64,000 bases of DNA, from IMG/VR virus record IMGVR_UViG_3300029959_000704, positions 17,292-81,291 of that record; one strand, 5' to 3'. The translations under genes and the position numbers were made by a program. Each line of letters begins with the position of its first letter. Within the stretch, counting starts at the first letter, position 1. The notes under the pieces are model-generated. The model was given only the letters and a program-made list of their open reading frames with translations, ran no database searches and was not told where the DNA came from. The stretch is from a virus (Duplodnaviria > Caudoviricetes). Of the stretch, positions 8,023 through 15,946 are shown one piece after another.

Positions 8023-8586
8023 ATGAAAATCAGTTTAAAAAGAGCTCATGCTCTTCAACAAGAGATTAAGAATCTCATTCAGGAAAAAAATCAGGAGATA
8101 TCTCCTAATATATCTTTTTCAGATGACTCTATTAATCCAAGAGAGCTTCTGTCGGCTAAAAGAGATTCAGTATTAGAAGCTGTAATAGCTGTAGCAGATC
8201 TTTATGGAACACTTCAGATTGTTAGAAGTCTTGTTAAAAAAGCTAATCTTGAAGTAGATGAACTCTTATCAATTCAGGCTTTTCTTACAAATAAAGCAGA
8301 ATTACTTCAGAGGGTAATCAACTTTGGATTTGGTAAATATTCAATAGAAACTATTGAAAGTAAAATTGCCAAACTTAACGATAAGGACTACAGACAGTAT
8401 GGTTCTTCAATATTTGTAGAAACTGCTCTTTTGGAATCAGATAATAAGGCTTTTAAAACGCAATTATCTCAGACAAAGAAGTCCATTCAAACTACAAAAG
8501 AAAAAATTGCCGAATTAAATTTAACAACACAAATTGAAATACCAGAATCTGCCGCTGGTATTTTGCAAAAGTATGACCTCTTGTAG
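8023..8586 (+). CDS. Long helical coiled-coil protein, possibly DIP1984-like
   Basis: MKISLKRAHALQQEI...KKAN...IAELNLTTQIE resembles the N- and C-terminal pattern of DIP1984-type proteins as recalled; not searched. Confidence 0.55.
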   Translation: MKISLKRAHALQQEIKNLIQEKNQEISPNISFSDDSINPRELLSAKRDSVLEAVIAVADLYGTLQIVRSLVKKANLEVDELLSIQAFLTNKAELLQRVINFGFGKYSIETIESKIAKLNDKDYRQYGSSIFVETALLESDNKAFKTQLSQTKKSIQTTKEKIAELNLTTQIEIPESAAGILQKYDLL

Positions 8587-8598
8587 GTAATACTTTAT

Positions 8599-8797
8599 GG
8601 AAAAGAAGGTGAAGCATCATTTTTATAATGATTCACTATGAAACTACTTTTTATGTAGTTTAGTAATAATAATGCAAAGATGTGTTTTCCGGCGAGAAGA
8701 TTTTGTATTTTGCTCCGGAAGAATATATCACATTTGAAATTTGTTGATTGCTTAATGTACATTACATATTGTTTTCAATACCTTCTTTTCCTTTTTT
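8599..8797 (+). ncRNA. ~195-nt structured element directly 3' of ORF 8023
   Basis: 12-bp closing helix GGAAAAGAAGGT (8599-8610)/ACCTTCTTTTCC (8780-8791) plus U-tract; internal hairpins AAACTAC/GTAGTTT and TTCCGG/CCGGAA. Confidence 0.55.
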
Positions 8798-8893
8798 ATT
8801 TAATTTAGTAATAATTACTCTCTTTATTTATAAATTTTTTATTTAGTATTGTGTTATTTTCATATAAATAAAGAGAGTTTAATAATATTTGTT

Positions 8894-9319
8894 ATGTTTA
8901 TCTTTAATAAAAAGAAACAGAGACTAAAAGAACTTAGATTAACTTTGTTAATATTAAACTTAATGTTGTCTCATCTTATCTACCTTAGAAATTCTAAGAT
9001 ATCTTCATTATCTGTACGCCAATCCACGGGATTATGTAATATTTACCATGAAGTTATTAATCAAATAAAATACATTCTAACAGAAAAAAGTATGGATATT
9101 TTAAGTTTCAATGGTTTCCAAAGATTACTTGATCCTTATACAACTAGACATTACGCAATTGAGAATTTTAAAGCAAATTCAATATCTAGTTTTTGGTGGG
9201 ATAGAAAAGATATATATACCCGTATAGACTTCTTGCGACATATTATTTACCAAATTGAAGATGAAGTATCTCAATTAGAATGTAAATATAAAGCAAATAA
9301 TTATGGAAAATACATTTAA
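8894..9319 (+). CDS. Hypothetical protein, divergent member of paralog family A (start reassigned to ATG 8894)
   Basis: GLCNIY and FWWDRKDIYTRIDFLRHI motifs. Confidence 0.7.
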   Translation: MFIFNKKKQRLKELRLTLLILNLMLSHLIYLRNSKISSLSVRQSTGLCNIYHEVINQIKYILTEKSMDILSFNGFQRLLDPYTTRHYAIENFKANSISSFWWDRKDIYTRIDFLRHIIYQIEDEVSQLECKYKANNYGKYI

Positions 9320-9533
9320 ATTATTAACAGCTGAACAAGCTAAAGAAATTAGTACAAAAGCCAATAATCCTGAATTAACAGTTATACTTAATAGTATCAA
9401 AGAAAAGGCTGAGAAAAGTTCTAGAACTTATCATCATTACGCAAGGCTTTCTGAATCTACTATAATTTTTTTAAATGAATTAGGATATAAAATTCATGAA
9501 TTTGAATCTACTCATTTTAAAATATACTGGTAA
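9303..9533 (+). CDS. Hypothetical protein, paralog family B
   Basis: LLTAEQAKEI...IL.SIK..A...LGYKI...I.W shared with the next ORF. Confidence 0.75.
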   Translation: MENTFKLLTAEQAKEISTKANNPELTVILNSIKEKAEKSSRTYHHYARLSESTIIFLNELGYKIHEFESTHFKIYW

Positions 9534-9559
9534 TAATGTTAACTTTTAATAAATAAGTA

Positions 9560-9781
9560 ATGGAAGAATTATTAACAGCTAATGAAGCAAGAAAGCTTAC
9601 TACAGATTCTGAAAAAGCAGAATTATTTATTATTTTAAATGGAATAAAAAATGCTGCAAAATTAAGTTTACCATTCTATACATATGATAAAGAACTTAAT
9701 AATTCTATTATCAATGATTTACAAAATTTAGGGTATAGAATTACTTATATAGAAACTCCAAAATACATTATATCCTGGTAA
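9560..9781 (+). CDS. Hypothetical protein, paralog family B
   Basis: LLTANEARKL...IL.GIK.AA...LGYRI...I.W. Confidence 0.75.
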   Translation: MEELLTANEARKLTTDSEKAELFIILNGIKNAAKLSLPFYTYDKELNNSIINDLQNLGYRITYIETPKYIISW

Positions 9782-9783
9782 CT

Positions 9784-10095
9784 ATGGAAAGAATTAAACC
9801 AAGACCTATTCATATACTACTTAAAATAGTTATTGATAATTTCAGAGCTCATTTTGAAGATGGGCTTTGTCATACTTTTAGATCCATGCAAGAGTGGAAT
9901 GTGATTAATCATACAGAATGTGTTGAGCTAGATGTTTTCTTGAGATCACACAAGTCAACTAATTCAAAAAAGAAAAAATGGCCTTATTTTTGGGAAGTAA
10001 ACAGACCTTTTCCAAGAAAAGCTTGGTTATGGAAACATTACATTCTTCAATCAATAAAATTTAAACTTGAAAATAAAAGGGGTAAAGTTTTTTAA
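9784..10095 (+). CDS. Hypothetical protein, distant family A member
   Basis: GLCHTF and YFWEVNRPFPRKAWL motifs; N-terminus aligns with ORF 18229. Confidence 0.7.
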   Translation: MERIKPRPIHILLKIVIDNFRAHFEDGLCHTFRSMQEWNVINHTECVELDVFLRSHKSTNSKKKKWPYFWEVNRPFPRKAWLWKHYILQSIKFKLENKRGKVF

Positions 10096-10167
10096 AAATT
10101 AAACTAATGAGTTTGTGTTATAATTTTAAGAAAATCCTTTATTCCTTTTTACTTTTTATAAACTAAT

Positions 10168-11148
10168 CCGGGAAAATCGGATGGAGGTGTGGGTTAAAAC
10201 CACCATAGAATACAGAAGTCCATTGTCGTATTTAGATATTATATGGAATAGAATATCTCTAGTTTATAATTTAGGCTAAACATTGATGCCTCGGTAAATA
10301 CCCATGCAAAATACTTATCGTGTACACGAAAAAGATACAAGTATTTACCCAAAGATACTAATCCTGAATTGACAGGAGATTAAAGGCAAACGTGATATGA
10401 AGTATTAGAGAAATGGGGTTACTATCAAGAGAATGTAATCCCGCCAGGCTACCCATCTGGTCTATCAGTAGATAATTCTATTCGCCTATAAGAAATTAAT
10501 GGAGTAATCCTAGATGTGTTGTTGTTAGGTTAACCTAACCAGTTAGAAATAGCTGCCCTTGAGAAAGGAAGAAGCCCTTTAGTAGAATGTTTCCTCCCCA
10601 TAGTACAACTACTACAACACAAATGAGTTCTCAGCGAAAAAGATGATTAAGAATCGGTTATCTAAAGTTTAGGCTAAAGAGCCATACATCATATAATCAT
10701 CTGACCCTACTCTTACTACCTACCCTATGATTAGGGTTGTAGAGAGAAGTAAGATAAGAGGGTGCTAATAGATAGAGATGCTATAATCTTTGAATCAAGA
10801 CTTGAAAAATGGTTCCGCCTCAGTATTCACGGCGAAATGGAATACCTTGGGTCAAAGAAAACTACACATTTTCTCCAAGTAGTGTTGATGCTTTTAATAG
10901 GGGATGCCCAACAGGTTTTGTATAAGTAGAAAACCGATATGACTACTCACTTGTAATCTCAAAGTGGGGGGAGAATAAGTTGCTTGAAATGATACACAGC
11001 AGCTAAAAATCCTGGACCGGTATACAAACACCGGTATATGAAATGACTCTAATAGTTTGCCAGGTGTAAAAGGAGTAAAGTGGCTATAAAATAGTTTACA
11101 AAGTGCCATACTTAGGGGTGAAATGAAAATACAACTAGTCCCCTTTTT
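10168..11148 (+). ncRNA. Candidate large (~1 kb) structured non-coding RNA
   Basis: No credible ORF between 10095 and 11173 in a gene-dense genome; visibly higher GC; many helices, e.g. GGTAAATAC 10293-10301/GTATTTACC 10341-10349 and GGGGTTAC/GTAATCCC 10415-10442. Strand assumed from context. Confidence 0.5.
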
Positions 11149-11172
11149 TATTAAAATTAATAATATTTAATT

Positions 11173-11862
11173 ATGTGGAGTATATTTAACTTATTTAAAA
11201 GTAAAAAACCTGTTAAGAAACAATTAACAGAGGAACAGCTTGAGATTATTAAATTGGAAATCCAGACTATCAACAAAAAATGCGAAGCCATAGCTGATTC
11301 CAAAAGTAAAGACTCTCGTGATAGGCATGAAAAAGAAAATTCAACTTGCCCTAAATGCAAAGCTACCCAAACAATAGATAAATTTAAAAGAACAAAAGGT
11401 GCAATATCTGGACGCTTTAGTGGAACTTCTGGTTTATTTGGAGGATCTTCTTATGGAAGTATTTATGGTGAACTTGATACTTTAGAGGTAAACCAATGTC
11501 GTATTTGTGGCAATGAATGGAAGAAAACTAAGCCATTTTACTGGAGTATGAGAGAGATTAGAACAGATCATCTAAACGTATTAAGAAGGCTACTTAAAGA
11601 TTATAAAGAGGCTAGAGAATGTAAATTTGATAAATCTAATTTAGAAGAAATTTATAAATCTCGTGAAGAAAAGGTTGAAGCTTTCCTAAAACAAATAGAG
11701 GACTCTTATTGTAAAAAAGAAACTATTCAAATATGGGAAGGATTTCATATTGAAACTATTAAGGAGTTGATGAAATCTGAGGAAGAGTATGCGCAAATAA
11801 AGTGGGAGGAAAATTATGATGAAGGAACTCTTCTATCATTAGGACTTTGTAAATTTAATTAA
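11173..11862 (+). CDS. Hypothetical protein with a split zinc ribbon
   Basis: CPKC ... CRICG pairs. Confidence 0.75.
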   Translation: MWSIFNLFKSKKPVKKQLTEEQLEIIKLEIQTINKKCEAIADSKSKDSRDRHEKENSTCPKCKATQTIDKFKRTKGAISGRFSGTSGLFGGSSYGSIYGELDTLEVNQCRICGNEWKKTKPFYWSMREIRTDHLNVLRRLLKDYKEARECKFDKSNLEEIYKSREEKVEAFLKQIEDSYCKKETIQIWEGFHIETIKELMKSEEEYAQIKWEENYDEGTLLSLGLCKFN

Positions 11863-11870
11863 TTTAATAT

Positions 11871-12095
11871 ATGAATAATCCTAGATTTGAAGCTTTAAAA
11901 AGAGAAGCTAATGAAATTGAAAAGCAACTTAAAAACCAAGGTTGTTGTGGAGCTGAAATAGAAATAATTGGAGCTTTGCTTTTTGTTAAATATCAAGGTA
12001 AAGAAAAAGAATTGTCAAAATTACTTGAAAATACTACTGAATTACTACAAAAAGCTAAAGACTTATTACAAGAATTAAGAGCTTTAAAAAAGTAA
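11871..12095 (+). CDS. Hypothetical protein
   Basis: ORF track. Confidence 0.6.
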   Translation: MNNPRFEALKREANEIEKQLKNQGCCGAEIEIIGALLFVKYQGKEKELSKLLENTTELLQKAKDLLQELRALKK

Positions 12096-12103
12096 AATAA
12101 AAT

Positions 12104-12265
12104 GGTCAGGTGCCGGAGTGGTTCAACGGAGGTGTGGATAAAGCCAATAAGGATGGGGTTGTGAATAATATAATAGTAATCTCCTAGCTCAAGGCAAAAA
12201 CTACCTAGTACTCTAACAGCTAGACGTAATAGTACTACACAGGTTCAAATCCTGGACTGGCCCCA
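12104..12265 (+). ncRNA. tRNA-like RNA with a greatly enlarged (~110 nt) central domain
   Basis: Acceptor GGTCAG/CTGGCC, D arm CCG-GAGTGGTTCAA-CGG, T arm CAGG-TTCAAAT-CCTG; internal hairpin TAGTACT/AGTACTA before the T arm. Confidence 0.65.
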
Positions 12266-12290
12266 AATACTAATTTTAATTATTTTGAAA

Positions 12291-12512
12291 ATGAAAATTA
12301 CAGAAATTAACAAAAAGACTTTGATTAAAGCCGAATTACCAGATGGAGTTTATATTGGTAAATGGTGTGGATATCAGATTGAAGTTGAGCATGAAAAAGA
12401 AACATACTTTCTTAATACTGAACAAGGTGTTAAAGGTATTAATATTGGTGTTGCAGTAGAAGTTATAAACGGAGAAGCTACTTTTGAACTCCTGAGAAAC
12501 TACACCAGTTAA
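12291..12512 (+). CDS. Hypothetical protein
   Basis: ORF track (TTG 12285); in-frame ATG at 12291. Confidence 0.65.
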   Translation: MKITEINKKTLIKAELPDGVYIGKWCGYQIEVEHEKETYFLNTEQGVKGINIGVAVEVINGEATFELLRNYTS

Positions 12513-12638
12513 GGCTATACTTTAAATAAAAAAATGGTTGCAACTGCGGTTCAGTAATAGGTGAAAGTTTTTTATAAACCAAACATAACTATTTGAACAA
12601 AAGTAGGAATAAACGCAGATAGTCCTATACTATTTTTT

Positions 12639-12765
12639 AGTCAGGTGGCGAATTGGTAGAGCACCACATTAGATAATATTGGGGAGAAATGCCTATAAAC
12701 ATTATGATAATAAGATGCATATAAAACATAATGATGGCTTGCAGGTTCAACTCCTGTCCTGACTA
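12639..12765 (+). ncRNA. tRNA-like RNA with an enlarged (~78 nt) central domain
   Basis: Perfect 7-bp acceptor AGTCAGG/CCTGACT, D loop TGGCGAATTGGTAGAGC, T arm GCAGG-TTCAACT-CCTGT; central helix CCACATTA/TAATGATGG. Confidence 0.7.
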
Positions 12766-12789
12766 CAAACAATTAAAAAATTAAATTCT

Positions 12790-12984
12790 ATGTCAAAAAC
12801 TATCGCTGCTACAGGAGGAACTTCATTAGGAACTCTCCTTACTGTTGTATTTATTATTTTAAAATTGACCAATGTAATTAACTGGTCATGGTGGTGGGTA
12901 TTATCACCAATTTGGATATCTTTTAGTTTATCAATTCTTATAATTATAGGAATTATATGGTTTATTCACAGATTTCAAAAATAA
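12790..12984 (+). CDS. Small membrane protein (LKL...I.WSWWWVLSPIW family)
   Basis: Two TM segments and the WSWWWV motif common in small phage membrane proteins. Confidence 0.75.
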   Translation: MSKTIAATGGTSLGTLLTVVFIILKLTNVINWSWWWVLSPIWISFSLSILIIIGIIWFIHRFQK

Positions 12985-12990
12985 AATCTT

Positions 12991-13149
12991 ATGAGAACAG
13001 TTTTATTTATAGGTATGTTAGCTATTGCTAATGCTATTTCTCCTGATGCACCAGATCTCGTATTAAAAGCAGATTTATATATGGTTATCACTATAATAGC
13101 ATTATTTAGTGATTTAGCAGAACTTTATTACAAAAGCCGTAAAAAATAA
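12991..13149 (+). CDS. Small membrane protein (52 aa), not in ORF track
   Basis: MRTVLFIGMLAIANA...; stop overlaps the next start (TAATG). Confidence 0.55.
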   Translation: MRTVLFIGMLAIANAISPDAPDLVLKADLYMVITIIALFSDLAELYYKSRKK

Positions 13150-13820
13150 TGGAAAGATTACATCTTACTATTAATATGAATACTGGTGCTAAGTTATTTT
13201 TCACTTCAGATTTACATTTAGGTCATAATAATATAATTTCATTTTGTCAGCGTCCTTTTAAAGATGTAGAAATTATGAATGAAGCTTTAATTGCTAATTG
13301 GAACGAAGTCGTGGCTCCTGGAGATATTGTATTTGCATTAGGAGATATATTTTGGAATCATAATACAAAATTTATGAAAGAAGTTTATGCGAGATTAAAT
13401 GGTACTATTTATTTTATACCAGGAAATCATGACTCAAATGATGCATATAAACAAAAGTTTCCTAATGTAACTGTATTAAGTGATGTTGTAACTTTATTTC
13501 TTATACTTCATGATGAAATAGAAGAAGTAACTTATAATTATCAAATACAATTAAGTCATATTCCATTAATGACTTGGCCTCAAAGAATTAAAAGAAATTG
13601 CTTTCATTTACATGGGCATGTTCATACTATGTTAGTAGGACATAATACAGGTTGTGATGCAAATATTCCTAAATGGCCTAATCAATACGATATCGGAGTA
13701 GACTTTAATAATTATGCTCCAATTGAAATTAGAGATATCTTAGCAAAATTAAATCTATCACCTGGAAGCTCTGTAAAAGAATTATCAAAAGAAGTTCTTG
13801 AAAGAAACTTATCAGAGTAA
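13149..13820 (+). CDS. Calcineurin-like metallophosphoesterase
   Basis: SDLHLGH, LGD, GNHD, SHIP and HGHVH motifs. Confidence 0.92.
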   Translation: MERLHLTINMNTGAKLFFTSDLHLGHNNIISFCQRPFKDVEIMNEALIANWNEVVAPGDIVFALGDIFWNHNTKFMKEVYARLNGTIYFIPGNHDSNDAYKQKFPNVTVLSDVVTLFLILHDEIEEVTYNYQIQLSHIPLMTWPQRIKRNCFHLHGHVHTMLVGHNTGCDANIPKWPNQYDIGVDFNNYAPIEIRDILAKLNLSPGSSVKELSKEVLERNLSE

Positions 13821-13826
13821 ATGTAT

Positions 13827-13915
13827 GCCTCAGTGGTGGAATAGGTAGACACGAAGGACTTAAAATCCTTTTCTCAGCAATGAGAGTGCAGGTTCAATTC
13901 CTGTTTGAGGTACCA
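13827..13915 (+). tRNA. trnL: tRNA-Leu (TAA), CCA encoded
   Basis: GCCTCAG acceptor, AAGGA-CTTAAAA-TCCTT anticodon arm, long variable arm, GCAGG-TTCAATT-CCTGT T arm, ACCA end. Confidence 0.96.
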
Positions 13916-14307
13916 AATATTGTCAAAATATTGTATTCTAAACTATAAATGAAAATTTATAAGTAGTCCATAAATTTTAAAAATACAGTCTAAGCAACTG
14001 TAAACAACCCTAAAAACAACAAATATATGGAATTTTCCCCAACAACAAGTGCTTCTGATAGTACACAATGTTTTATTAATTTAAAAATTAATTCGGTAAA
14101 AAAATAACACTCGTTGCGGGACGGGCAATTTTTCCCCTTAAAATAACCAATAACTTAATATTATGTCTAACACTAGTAGCCCAAAAGCAATTCTCATTAT
14201 GACTGTAAGTGCAGAAGGTCATATAACCTATCGTAGAAAAGAAAGGAAAAGAATCTCATCTGCAGCTAAAAATTTATTCACTAACAAATCTTTATTTAAA
14301 GAGCAGT

Positions 14308-14667
14308 ATGGACAACATTAAAAAGAGGCGTAAAAACATTCAATGGACTCCTCAGAATTGTAAACTTGTGCTAAGGATTATAGAAAAAAACTCTAGTAAT
14401 CTACAAGTAGGTTTTGACTTAGCAGCTAAGAGACTTTCCAAAATGTATGGAATAGATATAAGCTCCTCAGCTGTAAGTGCAGCCTATTACTCTAATAAAA
14501 CATTACTGTCTTATAAAAAGATGCCAGTAATGACTCCAATTGTATGTGTAGTTGGGAATAAAATTATAGAATCTAATGATTTGCAAAAGAATAAATCAGA
14601 GGATTCTAAAACTCCTTCTACTGTAAATCTACTCTCAAAATTATATGCTTTCTTTAAAAAAAATTAA
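14308..14667 (+). CDS. Hypothetical protein, possible helix-turn-helix DNA-binding protein
   Basis: IQWTPQ...AAKRLS...ISSSAVSAAYY resembles a Myb/HTH-like pattern; weak. Confidence 0.5.
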   Translation: MDNIKKRRKNIQWTPQNCKLVLRIIEKNSSNLQVGFDLAAKRLSKMYGIDISSSAVSAAYYSNKTLLSYKKMPVMTPIVCVVGNKIIESNDLQKNKSEDSKTPSTVNLLSKLYAFFKKN

Positions 14668-14809
14668 AGATGTCTTGAGTACTCTTTTTAATGCCTTATG
14701 TGATTTGTCAGATATTATATTTGGTATTATTTTAATTTTACTATTTATAGCTGCAATAATTGCTATAATTTCACCATTCATTTATCCATATTTTATTAAC
14801 CTTAATTAA
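14645..14809 (+). CDS. Small membrane protein (54 aa), not in ORF track
   Basis: Manual translation MLSLKKIKDVLSTLFNALCDLSDIIFGIILILLFIAAIIAIISPFIYPYFINLN; fills the gap between neighbours. Confidence 0.45.
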   Translation: MLSLKKIKDVLSTLFNALCDLSDIIFGIILILLFIAAIIAIISPFIYPYFINLN

Positions 14810-14821
14810 AATTTTTTTATT

Positions 14822-15271
14822 ATGAATCCAATCATTTTTCTATTAGGATTTTTTGTAATCCTTTTCATCATTTTCTTCGTAGTGTCTATTAAATTGACCG
14901 AAAAGAACACCCGTCTTGCTACAATTGCTTCAAAATTTGAAGGAGATGTAAAGAGTTTGTCAGCTACTTTGACAGATGTGCAAAACAAATTCAAAGAGTC
15001 AATTCAAGAAGTTTCCCGGTTGTCTACAGAGTGTGCTAAGCATGAACGAACTGCCAGCCAGTATAAAATTGAACTTGAAGAACTACAAAACTCTTTAAAA
15101 ACTGCACCGGACGAGTCAACTTCAGATAAAGAAGAAGCTTCTACTTTAGACCGATTAAGAGCTGAATCTGATGCACCTACTACTGAAAATACGGATCCAG
15201 TAGAATCAGTTAAACCTGTAGTTACCAAACCCGGAAAATTTCCTAAAAGGAAGTATAACCGTAAAAAATAA
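14822..15271 (+). CDS. Membrane-anchored coiled-coil protein
   Basis: N-terminal TM, coiled coil, basic C-terminus. Confidence 0.7.
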   Translation: MNPIIFLLGFFVILFIIFFVVSIKLTEKNTRLATIASKFEGDVKSLSATLTDVQNKFKESIQEVSRLSTECAKHERTASQYKIELEELQNSLKTAPDESTSDKEEASTLDRLRAESDAPTTENTDPVESVKPVVTKPGKFPKRKYNRKK

Positions 15272-15278
15272 CTAAAAA

Positions 15279-15311
15279 ATAAAGGCTCTCTTTCATATAG
15301 AGAGCCTTTAT
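15279..15311. terminator. 13-bp perfect hairpin
   Basis: ATAAAGGCTCTCT-7 nt-AGAGAGCCTTTAT. Confidence 0.7.
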
Positions 15312-15322
15312 CCTTTATTATT

Positions 15323-15511
15323 ATGGAAAACACTAATCTATCTAAACAAGATATAGAGATTTTATCTCCGGCTCAGATTGAAGCTGCTCTTATGTCAATA
15401 ATAGCAACAAATGAAGATATATCTTCTGCAGATTTGAAAGCTAAATTTAATGAGCTCTACCCTGGTCAAAAGGATAGAGTTATTTCAACAATTATAAATC
15501 AACTACTCTAA
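15323..15511 (+). CDS. Hypothetical protein
   Basis: ORF track; coupled to the next gene (TAATG). Confidence 0.6.
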   Translation: MENTNLSKQDIEILSPAQIEAALMSIIATNEDISSADLKAKFNELYPGQKDRVISTIINQLL

Positions 15512-15936
15512 TGGTAATACTTGTAGATTTTGATGGGACTTGTGTTACTCACGAGTTTCCAAATGTGGGAGAAGAGATTGGAGCAGCCCCAATTCTTAAG
15601 GAACTTGTTAAAAATGGTCATAAAATAGTATTATTTACTATGAGATGTGATCACGACTTTACCCCTCAAGGTAATCAACCTGAAAATGACTATCCAGCCA
15701 GTACCTATTTAACTGATGCAGTAAATTGGTTCAAAAAACATAATATATCCCTTCACGGGCTTAATACTAATCCAGGCCAAGAGAAATGGACAAGTAGTCC
15801 CAAAGCTTACGGAGATTTAATCATTGATGATACAGCCCTTGGTTGCCCATTATTATATGATAAAAAAATATCTTCAAGACCTTTTGTTAATTGGGCTGAA
15901 GTACATAATATACTTCAAGAAAGAAAAATTCTTTAA
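15511..15936 (+). CDS. HAD-superfamily phosphatase-like protein
   Basis: Motif I VDFDGT, motif II LFTMR, motif III K (SPKAY), motif IV IIDD. Confidence 0.85.
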   Translation: MVILVDFDGTCVTHEFPNVGEEIGAAPILKELVKNGHKIVLFTMRCDHDFTPQGNQPENDYPASTYLTDAVNWFKKHNISLHGLNTNPGQEKWTSSPKAYGDLIIDDTALGCPLLYDKKISSRPFVNWAEVHNILQERKIL

Positions 15937-15946
15937 TACTTACTAT

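Noticed and set aside
10894-11109. 71-aa minus-strand ORF in the 1-kb gap, and the 60-aa ORF at 5087..5269
   Set aside because: Atypical composition, no motif, and they overlap hairpin-rich sequence better explained as non-coding.
12104-12265. tmRNA or intron-containing tRNA interpretation
   Set aside because: It has a D stem, a U3.G70 rather than G3.U70 pair, no tag ORF and is too short for tmRNA. The insert is too short for a self-splicing intron, and I found no excision that restores a canonical anticodon loop.
14716-14723. TATATTTG as a promoter
   Set aside because: No TTTG at the 19-21-nt spacing and it lies inside a probable small ORF.
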